64,000 nucleotides of DNA from a virus. The notes beneath the pieces are model-generated. The model was not told where the DNA came from. It was given only the letters and a program-made list of their open reading frames with translations, and did not search any database. This document shows, piece by piece, positions 1-6,134 of this stretch. Position 1 is the stretch's first letter. The number at the start of each line of letters is the position of its first letter. The stretch is taken from the IMG/VR virus record IMGVR_UViG_3300029309_000013, positions 1 to 64,000 of that record, one strand, 5' to 3'. Position numbers and translations under genes: made by a program.

Positions 1-53
1 CGCCGAGCTTGACTCGGAGGAAACGTAATAGTTGTTTTTTTTCTTTTTTTTTC

Positions 54-81
54 TTGACAAATCCCAATAGGGTGATACATT
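54..81 (+). promoter_or_regulatory. Early sigma70 promoter P1
   Basis: TTGACA 54-59, 16 bp spacer, TGa-TACATT 76-81. Confidence 0.8.
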
Positions 82-119
82 ACTAACACATTCAACAACA
101 ACATTGTCTTGGAGGACAA

Positions 120-434
120 ATGGCTAGAGTATCAAACGCACAAGTAATCAAAGCATTTCTTGCTGGCCGTGAAGCGCACAGCTTGAGCCTGACTTCTACT
201 TTCTACCCCCAGATGGGTACACTAGCTCCGCGAGGTTTCCTGCGGTCTTACAACCAACTAATCGCTCGTTATGATGAGGGCTGTGGCTTCTTGGTTTTCG
301 ATTTTACCTCATCTGGTGAGTATATTTCACAAACAACCTCAAAGCACGTTGGGATGGTAAAAAGACAACTTCCAGCAAAGTGTGTCATGCACCCCACCCA
401 AGCTAGACTTGGCGGTCTACTCGGAGATCAATAA
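120..434 (+). CDS. Hypothetical early phage protein (104 aa)
   Basis: GGAGG RBS after P1; stop TAA merges with the A-tract of the next repeat. Confidence 0.85.
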   Translation: MARVSNAQVIKAFLAGREAHSLSLTSTFYPQMGTLAPRGFLRSYNQLIARYDEGCGFLVFDFTSSGEYISQTTSKHVGMVKRQLPAKCVMHPTQARLGGLLGDQ

Positions 435-452
435 AAAAGTTTATCTTTTTAC

Positions 453-481
453 TTGACAACCTAAAACAAACATATTACATT
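453..481 (+). promoter_or_regulatory. Early sigma70 promoter P2
   Basis: TTGACA 453-458, 17 bp, TACATT 476-481. Confidence 0.9.
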
Positions 482-527
482 ATCATTGTAACCATTCAAC
501 AACAACAACAACAAACTGGAGGTCACT

Positions 528-686
528 ATGACCATCAATAGCTTCATTCAACATTCAAATCGTTTCCGTGGTTCATTCGAGGTCGTTATCGAAAAGAAAG
601 ACAAGTCAGGTAATGTGTCGCGTGAGGTCGTGCCCTGTCACAATCTTGCATCCGCCCGAACTACCCTGCGCCAGCGCACCAAGTAG
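528..686 (+). CDS. Small early protein (52 aa, MTINSFIQHSNRFRGSFEVV...), not in ORF track
   Basis: GGAGG RBS after (CAA)n leader of P2; open frame to TAG. Confidence 0.8.
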   Translation: MTINSFIQHSNRFRGSFEVVIEKKDKSGNVSREVVPCHNLASARTTLRQRTK

Positions 687-695
687 AGGTGATTT

Positions 696-1022
696 ATGAG
701 CGTAAAGCAGATAGCTAAAAAGCTCGATGAGATTGAGGACTACGGACTGTTTATGTTTATGTGGCAGTCCATCTCGGAGCTGCGCGACCCTAGCCTGATA
801 AAGGCTTGTCGCCCAGCCGTCCTAGCTAGAATAAACTCAATGAGCGACACCCGAACAAGCCAGATATACCGAGACATTGATACTGTCGGTGGCCTGTTTG
901 CCGATATAGTCGAGCGCAGACTAGAGATTGGCTTTGATGAGATCTTCCAGACCGAGCAGGAAGTATCAACTCCCAACTTGACCGTGATTGACGGTGGTCT
1001 AGCAAAATCTAAAGAAAAATAA
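696..1022 (+). CDS. Hypothetical early protein (108 aa)
   Basis: GAGGTG RBS; ends in the next promoter repeat. Confidence 0.8.
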   Translation: MSVKQIAKKLDEIEDYGLFMFMWQSISELRDPSLIKACRPAVLARINSMSDTRTSQIYRDIDTVGGLFADIVERRLEIGFDEIFQTEQEVSTPNLTVIDGGLAKSKEK

Positions 1023-1032
1023 GACTTTTTTC

Positions 1033-1060
1033 TTGACAAGCCCTGCTACCGTGATACGCT
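1033..1060 (+). promoter_or_regulatory. Early sigma70 promoter P3 (variant)
   Basis: TTGACA 1033-1038, 16 bp, TGa-TACGCT. Confidence 0.65.
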
Positions 1061-1087
1061 GTATATGTAATCAATAACGGAGATAAT

Positions 1088-1300
1088 ATGCAAGTCGGAG
1101 ACTTAGTAATGCTACCCTCATCACAGGGGTACATTGCCGAGCACCCACATTTGAAACTCATCGGTATCGTGACCAAGAAATGGGGTAGACTAGTGAACTA
1201 TCCCGATGGTGTCCGCGACCAAGAGTATGTGTGTGTGAGCTGGGCCAACGGTAATCAATGTGACTACAGGCCCGACTGGCTGGAGGTGCTATGCAAGTAG
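1088..1300 (+). CDS. Small SH3/KOW-like beta-barrel protein (MQVGDLV family, paralog 1)
   Basis: MxVGDLV...GIV...VxW...LEVL pattern; GGAG RBS. Confidence 0.75.
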   Translation: MQVGDLVMLPSSQGYIAEHPHLKLIGIVTKKWGRLVNYPDGVRDQEYVCVSWANGNQCDYRPDWLEVLCK

Positions 1301-1479
1301 GAGATTTAGTAAAGTACAGGGCTGGTCGCCCCGAAATGATCGGTGTCGTAATGAAACTATGGACTGAAACGCTCGGCCAGAACTGGGCACAAAAGAAGTA
1401 TCAAATGTGCAAAATCTACTGGAATGACCATTCAATGGGGTTTGTGCGACAAAAGAATGTGGAGGTGATTGATGGATAA
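1291..1479 (+). CDS. Small SH3/KOW-like protein (paralog 2)
   Basis: MQVGDLV...IGVV...IYW...VEVI; GGAGG RBS. Confidence 0.75.
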   Translation: MQVGDLVKYRAGRPEMIGVVMKLWTETLGQNWAQKKYQMCKIYWNDHSMGFVRQKNVEVIDG

Positions 1480-1708
1480 CATCGAGATTGGCGACTTAGT
1501 AAAACTTGGCCACATGGCATACGACTACAGCCCTAAACTTATCGGCATTGTGATGGACTATCGCGACCCCACCGAGGATGACGGAAGCGATTGCTCTCTC
1601 ATCGGTATCCGACAGTATCTCATTCAATGGTGCAACGGAGAGCAATGGGAGGAGGAAGCCGAATATATCGAGGTCATTGAAAAAAAAGAAAAAAACTTTG
1701 CCTTTTGA
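1472..1708 (+). CDS. Small SH3/KOW-like protein (paralog 3)
   Basis: IEIGDLV...IGIV...IQW...IEVI; GGAGG RBS. Confidence 0.75.
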   Translation: MDNIEIGDLVKLGHMAYDYSPKLIGIVMDYRDPTEDDGSDCSLIGIRQYLIQWCNGEQWEEEAEYIEVIEKKEKNFAF

Positions 1709-1709
1709 C

Positions 1710-1738
1710 TTGACAGTCTACTACCCCCGCGTTACATT
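1710..1738 (+). promoter_or_regulatory. Early sigma70 promoter P4
   Basis: TTGACA 1710-1715, 17 bp, TACATT 1733-1738. Confidence 0.9.
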
Positions 1739-1776
1739 ACTAACATAATCAACAACAACATTGTCTTGGAGGACAA

Positions 1777-2010
1777 ATGAACGCAGTAGTTTTATCAATA
1801 ATCACAGGCGCAGAAAATGATGTAACAGTATGGTCAAGCGAAGAGGAAGCCAAGGCATCAGCCGTTGAGTACCTCGCCCATTATGCGGATGGCTCCGAGT
1901 GTGATACCGCCGACTGGGGTTATGACGATTATGTCGAGTTTGCCGAGCTGTTCTACCACATTCAAACTCAAATCTCATTCCATCTACTTCCAACCAAGGG
2001 GAGCGAATGA
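1777..2010 (+). CDS. Small acidic early protein (77 aa)
   Basis: GGAGG RBS; leader nearly identical to that of P1. Confidence 0.8.
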   Translation: MNAVVLSIITGAENDVTVWSSEEEAKASAVEYLAHYADGSECDTADWGYDDYVEFAELFYHIQTQISFHLLPTKGSE

Positions 2011-2279
2011 TAGACAAAGACCGATTAGGTCGCCTCTTTGAGTTCATAACCCAAGAGTTTGTTTGCGGCCTAAACCGTCAGCACCTTGGTAAAAAGATAA
2101 TCTGCTACAGGCACTGGAGGCCCGATGAGCAAATATATTCACCGTACAGGCACTGGTCCAAAATCCATTGATTGGTGGACCGTCCTAGCTTCGACACTGA
2201 GATAATCGAGGTCATTCAAAAAAAGAAAAAAAGTTTATCTTTTTCCTTGACAGCTTCCTACTACCTTGTTACATTATGA
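2007..2279 (+). pseudogene. Probable SH3-like paralog interrupted by in-frame TGA (2169-2171)
   Basis: GGGGAG RBS, ATG overlapping the upstream stop; reads ...SKIH*LVDRPSFDTEIIEVIQKK, with the stop at the conserved Trp position; 3' DNA matches the end of ORF 1472-1708. Confidence 0.5.
2247..2275 (+). promoter_or_regulatory. Early sigma70 promoter P5
   Basis: TTGACA 2247-2252, 17 bp, TGtTACATT. Confidence 0.9.
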
Positions 2280-2305
2280 ACATAACCAACAACAACGGAG
2301 CCACA

Positions 2306-2470
2306 ATGAACCTTTTTGAATATATCGACAGTTGGGAGAAAGCCTTTGCCTTTTGGTTCTTCATAGTATGCTTAGCTTTCCTCGGTATTGTCCTAGGTAT
2401 GGGTCTTGAAAAACTGGGCGCATACGTCTTTCAAGACCTCCTTTATCCACTACTAACAACCACCCGATAA
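2306..2470 (+). CDS. Small membrane protein (54 aa)
   Basis: GGAG RBS; hydrophobic AFAFWFFIVCLAFLGIVLGMGL. Confidence 0.75.
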   Translation: MNLFEYIDSWEKAFAFWFFIVCLAFLGIVLGMGLEKLGAYVFQDLLYPLLTTTR

Positions 2471-2483
2471 TCTGGAGGTAGCT

Positions 2484-2750
2484 ATGCTCCACTATGATGG
2501 AATGACCCTGCACAATGTGACCCTGACCTTTACCGATGGTGAGGTGCTGGAGACACAGCTTTTCCTGAAAGATGACCAATCTCACGCGGAGCAGATGGAC
2601 TGGCTCTACGGTAGGTTTCTTGTCTCTTACGAGACAACCAAGGCAACCGAGAAGTGGGTAACCCATAAGAAGCTCTCTCAGGATGCTAAGAGAAGCCAAG
2701 ACCCGACTTGGGTATTGATGGCGACTACCCGACACTCTTTCAGTTTCTAA
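2484..2750 (+). CDS. Hypothetical early protein (88 aa)
   Basis: GGAGG RBS; stop merges with the next repeat. Confidence 0.8.
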   Translation: MLHYDGMTLHNVTLTFTDGEVLETQLFLKDDQSHAEQMDWLYGRFLVSYETTKATEKWVTHKKLSQDAKRSQDPTWVLMATTRHSFSF

Positions 2751-2770
2751 AAAAAAGTTTACCTTTTTTC

Positions 2771-2799
2771 TTGACAGCTAAAATATACCCTGTTACATT
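2771..2799 (+). promoter_or_regulatory. Early sigma70 promoter P6
   Basis: TTGACA 2771-2776, 17 bp, TGtTACATT. Confidence 0.9.
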
Positions 2800-2830
2800 A
2801 CTAGTGTAACCAACAACAAAGGAGAGACAG

Positions 2831-3037
2831 ATGACTGTACTGATTGAAAATCTTTTCACCTACCGAGAGCGATTGACCAATGGTGCTCAATCATTTCTAG
2901 CAATCCAATCCAACGAGCCGTGGGCCGATGGTGTCCAAGACCTAGTCAATATTATCTGTGATACTTGGAAAGTTGAAGAGCAGGATCTCGTCGTCGCAAT
3001 CCACGATGTGAAACATAACGCACCTGTCTGGGGCTGA
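2831..3037 (+). CDS. Hypothetical early protein (68 aa)
   Basis: AGGAG RBS; bounded by repeats. Confidence 0.8.
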   Translation: MTVLIENLFTYRERLTNGAQSFLAIQSNEPWADGVQDLVNIICDTWKVEEQDLVVAIHDVKHNAPVWG

Positions 3038-3056
3038 AAAAAGTTTATCTTTTTCC

Positions 3057-3085
3057 TTGACAGCTGATACAGACCTTGTTACATT
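3057..3085 (+). promoter_or_regulatory. Early sigma70 promoter P7
   Basis: TTGACA 3057-3062, 17 bp, TGtTACATT. Confidence 0.9.
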
Positions 3086-3115
3086 ATTAGAGAACAACAC
3101 AACAACGGAGAAACA

Positions 3116-3337
3116 ATGAACTCATTCTATAGCGTGCTTGTGGCCCTATGCCGAGCTAACCCTGACTTCGCCATTCAACTTCAACGCGATGCTAACTGGC
3201 TGTCCGACACCATCACAGTAGATGCTTTCGACATTCAGGACAACATTGATGCGATTGACCTTTTCGCGGAGCGGAGAGAATACGCACCCCTCTTCAAGAA
3301 GTTAGCAAAGGCCCAGCTTGCCGAGAGGGAACAATAA
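3116..3337 (+). CDS. Hypothetical early protein (73 aa)
   Basis: GGAG RBS; bounded by repeats. Confidence 0.8.
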   Translation: MNSFYSVLVALCRANPDFAIQLQRDANWLSDTITVDAFDIQDNIDAIDLFAERREYAPLFKKLAKAQLAEREQ

Positions 3338-3359
3338 TAAAAAAAGTTTATCCTTTTCC

Positions 3360-3388
3360 TTGACAGCCTAAAATCATCGTGTTACATT
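3360..3388 (+). promoter_or_regulatory. Early sigma70 promoter P8
   Basis: TTGACA 3360-3365, 17 bp, TGtTACATT. Confidence 0.9.
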
Positions 3389-3417
3389 ACTAGTGTAACC
3401 AACACAACGGAGACACA

Positions 3418-3588
3418 ATGCACAAAATCCAATGCTTAGAAAGCGGTGAGACAATGAACTGGTCGCTTGATATGATACTAGAGGAAATCAATAGGGACCG
3501 CTCAGAACAATGGACACCGTATGATGAAACGGACTGGCTGGACGGTTGGAGCAACTGGGTCGAAGGAGAGTTTTACAGCCTTATCTAA
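3418..3588 (+). CDS. Small acidic Trp-rich early protein (56 aa, MHKIQCLESGETMNWSLDMILEEINRDRS...), not in ORF track
   Basis: GGAG RBS; fills the space between P8 and P9 exactly. Confidence 0.85.
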   Translation: MHKIQCLESGETMNWSLDMILEEINRDRSEQWTPYDETDWLDGWSNWVEGEFYSLI

Positions 3589-3606
3589 AAAAGTTTATCT
3601 TTTTCC

Positions 3607-3635
3607 TTGACAGCTAAAACAAACCTTGTTACATT
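3607..3635 (+). promoter_or_regulatory. Early sigma70 promoter P9
   Basis: TTGACA 3607-3612, 17 bp, TGtTACATT. Confidence 0.9.
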
Positions 3636-3853
3636 ACTAACATAATCGAGACAACCCCTAACACCGAGGCCAAATGAAAATCCCCAGCTAAGGGCGAATG
3701 CGATGCCGAGTGAGAGCCAGCCCATTTCAAAATCTCACTATGAAAACACAACCGAGACAGTCACAGTGTAGTGACATCTCACTATCTCACAAACACCATC
3801 GGGGAAGTGGTGCTAGACTTCCCCACCTTTCATCCTCTCATCTGGAGCTTTCA

Positions 3854-4081
3854 ATGAAATACCAAGTCGGAGACACAATCGAATATATCATAGGTGATGG
3901 AAACACTAGACGCGTTTATGTCCAAAGTAGAGAAGCGGACATCAAAAATGGTCACCGTGGCTTCACTGGAGTGTTAGTAGACTTTGGTCAGTTTGATGCT
4001 GAACCAGAAAGCTACCTAGAGGTGTGGGGATACGACTACCAAATCGTTGCGGTGTTCAACAACCGCTATCGCCTGACCTGA
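3854..4081 (+). CDS. Small SH3/KOW-like protein (MKYQVGDTI..., 75 aa)
   Basis: GGAG RBS upstream of ATG 3854; more plausible start than 3698. Confidence 0.7.
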   Translation: MKYQVGDTIEYIIGDGNTRRVYVQSREADIKNGHRGFTGVLVDFGQFDAEPESYLEVWGYDYQIVAVFNNRYRLT

Positions 4082-4136
4082 TGTCACATCTCCGAGACCT
4101 AAAAAAAAAGTTTATGAACAAAGAGAGGAGGGTAGG

Positions 4137-4337
4137 ATGAAAACGATTACGATAGGACAAAAGGTAGTAAGCACAATAGCAGACTGTATAGAGACAGGAG
4201 AGATAATAGCTGGCTTCCTAGTAGATGCTAACATTCAGGACGGAATAGCTACAGTGATGCTATCTCAGTTAGATGATAACGGTGATGCTCAGCACGTACA
4301 GGTTCCCCTTGATACCCTTATCTATATAGATTATTGA
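4137..4337 (+). CDS. Small SH3-like protein (66 aa, ITIGQKV...)
   Basis: GGAGG RBS after the truncated repeat. Confidence 0.7.
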   Translation: MKTITIGQKVVSTIADCIETGEIIAGFLVDANIQDGIATVMLSQLDDNGDAQHVQVPLDTLIYIDY

Positions 4338-4344
4338 ATACTAC

Positions 4345-4785
4345 TACCCTAGCAGGAGGGCGTACCCCTATGCGATATGTGATAAAGCGCGTATGCAAGC
4401 GCGTGATATGTGGATGCGGACACCGCTTCACAGATAGCATTAGAAAGATTATTTTTTCAGGTTGAATGTGTCATAGCTCAGAACCCCTTTCTGGTTTGCC
4501 TGTGTTGGGTTGACTAGTCTATAGTGCAGCTCTAGTGCATCTGATTGCCTGACTGTTGGTGACTGGGTGTCAGTTATTGGGAGGTATCCCAACCCCTCAC
4601 AGGAAAACATTCAAGGACATTTTTTGACCGATTTACATTTTATTTGTACTCCTTTGTCGACGGCTCCTATGTCGACGTGATTATCGTGTGGTTCCGAGCG
4701 TGGTATCGGAATGGCTTGGGGGGTGTTAGCATTTGGTTATTGGCTAGCGCGCAACCCCCAAGTCTAAAGGAGCTAAACCACCTAG
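4345..4785 (+). ncRNA. Candidate structured non-coding RNA or structured DNA element
   Basis: No credible ORF; many nested inverted repeats with G-U pairs that fit the + strand. Confidence 0.4.
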
Positions 4786-4875
4786 AGCAAACGGCATACC
4801 CTGTTTAGGATAAGGTAGGATCTAAGGGGACTTTGGAGGACAGCAAAAAAAAGCAAAAAAAGTTTGCAAAAAAGC

Positions 4876-4904
4876 TTGACAGTCATTTTGGAACCTGTTA
4901 CATT
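4876..4904 (+). promoter_or_regulatory. Early sigma70 promoter P10
   Basis: TTGACA 4876-4881, 17 bp, TGtTACATT. Confidence 0.9.
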
Positions 4905-4934
4905 ATTAGCATAACCAACAAACAGGAGCTTCAG

Positions 4935-5150
4935 ATGCAGACTTTCTACTTCAGCTATCCACACTATCGTCTTGTTTCTAGCTATGGTCAGCCTAAGCGT
5001 TACGCGGACAAGGCAGAAATCGTCTGGGATTCAGTCCGCGCTCCGGACGTGGAAGCAGCCCGACAACTCATTTGGGAAATCCGAATGATTGACCCGCGCG
5101 AAGTCATCACAGCAGATGAGTGGCGACGAAAAGAAAAAAGATTTTTCTAA
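4935..5150 (+). CDS. Hypothetical early protein (71 aa, MQTFYFSYPHY...)
   Basis: AGGAG RBS; true start lies downstream of P10. Confidence 0.8.
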   Translation: MQTFYFSYPHYRLVSSYGQPKRYADKAEIVWDSVRAPDVEAARQLIWEIRMIDPREVITADEWRRKEKRFF

Positions 5151-5168
5151 AAAAGTTTGCCTTTTCAC

Positions 5169-5197
5169 TTGACAGCCATTTCATTCAACGTTACATT
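5169..5197 (+). promoter_or_regulatory. Early sigma70 promoter P11
   Basis: TTGACA 5169-5174, 17 bp, TACATT. Confidence 0.9.
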
Positions 5198-5225
5198 ACA
5201 GTGTAACCCTAACAACGGAGAGACA

Positions 5226-5318
5226 ATGCTTTTCCTTCTCGCTCTTTTCCTTCTCGTGTTCCTTCCCCTTTATGCCATTGCTGATGGTGCTAACAAAGCC
5301 ATCCAGAAAGGACGGTGA
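5226..5318 (+). CDS. 30-aa membrane microprotein (MLFLLALFLLVFLPLYAIADGANKAIQKGR)
   Basis: GGAG RBS after P11; one hydrophobic helix. Confidence 0.7.
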   Translation: MLFLLALFLLVFLPLYAIADGANKAIQKGR

Positions 5319-5321
5319 CGA

Positions 5322-5414
5322 ATGGCGATTATCGATTGTTTCATCATGGTCTTTGCCTGCCTTGGCTTCTACTATGCTATTGATAGCTTGCTATTGACCA
5401 TCGAGAAAAAATGA
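5322..5414 (+). CDS. 30-aa membrane microprotein (MAIIDCFIMVFACLGFYYAIDSLLLTIEKK)
   Basis: Follows the previous ORF by 3 nt; stop merges with the next repeat. Confidence 0.6.
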   Translation: MAIIDCFIMVFACLGFYYAIDSLLLTIEKK

Positions 5415-5433
5415 AAAAAGTTTGCCTTTTTGC

Positions 5434-5462
5434 TTGACGACCTAAAAAGAACCTGTTACATT
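5434..5462 (+). promoter_or_regulatory. Early sigma70 promoter P12
   Basis: TTGACG 5434-5439, 17 bp, TGtTACATT. Confidence 0.85.
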
Positions 5463-5508
5463 ATTAGTGTAGACAAAAACAATAACCTCTAACTCCTCGG
5501 AGTAATCT

Positions 5509-6132
5509 ATGACTATCTCTACCACTTCATTCATTCAAGCCGAACTCGAAGCACGTTTCGCAGGACACACTGAGCAAGGCCAGTATGCTCTCGAATGCGC
5601 AGACGTTGAAGAGCTTCGTAACTATCCTGCTGTTGATACCGCGTTGGCTGCCACCCATAAAACACTCGGTGCTGGTTACGTTATCTTCGAGGGCTTCCTC
5701 AACGGTTCGCACGTTGTTGTCTTTCAAGCTGAGACAGTAGACCGCGACCGACCTGGGCGGGATGGTAGGTTCATCTCTAAGTACACTGCAGCCGGTTATG
5801 TTTCTGATACCCTGAAGCAAGTGTGCGAGCACATCGGAGACACCGACGTTGTTGAGCGTGCTATCGATAGCTACGTGTACGTCGATGGTTTCAACTGGTA
5901 CGCCGCTAACCCTGATGCCCTCGTGGTCGACCGCCCTACCGCTACCTCAGCCCCGGTGTCCAACGTGACCCCTGTGCTAGAGCGTAAGCGACAGCGAGCA
6001 GTGGAGCGCGCCAAGGCTGCCGTCACCACTAACACGTTTGCCGAAGATGTCGAGGACAGTTTTTGTCCGGAGTGGATGGCCGGTGAGCTTGCCGAAGCGT
6101 GGAGCGACTACGAAACATTCGGTGACTTCTAA
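5509..6132 (+). CDS. Hypothetical early protein (207 aa)
   Basis: GGAG RBS; GC-rich codons, Arg mostly CGN. Confidence 0.85.
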   Translation: MTISTTSFIQAELEARFAGHTEQGQYALECADVEELRNYPAVDTALAATHKTLGAGYVIFEGFLNGSHVVVFQAETVDRDRPGRDGRFISKYTAAGYVSDTLKQVCEHIGDTDVVERAIDSYVYVDGFNWYAANPDALVVDRPTATSAPVSNVTPVLERKRQRAVERAKAAVTTNTFAEDVEDSFCPEWMAGELAEAWSDYETFGDF

Positions 6133-6134
6133 GA

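Larger units (their letters stand above)
40..5508 (+). repeat. Dispersed ~80-bp promoter/leader repeat, 12 copies plus 1 truncated copy, each heading a small-ORF cassette
   Basis: Consensus AAAAAAGTTTRYCTTTTTNCTTGACA-N17-(GT)TACATTA..(CAA)n..GGAG-N5-7-ATG; -35 boxes at 54, 453, 1033, 1710, 2247, 2771, 3057, 3360, 3607, 4876, 5169, 5434; promoterless remnant at ~4100. Confidence 0.95.

Noticed and set aside
2169-2171. Genome-wide TGA=Trp recoding
   Set aside because: Many genes end cleanly at TGA with coupled downstream starts (e.g. 7430, 28136, 33953), and long ORFs are intact in the standard code
40-5508. CRISPR array or integron attC array
   Set aside because: The repeats are degenerate promoters spaced 250-1300 bp apart by ORFs; there are no constant-length spacers, no attC core sites, and no cas1/cas2 or integrase in the window
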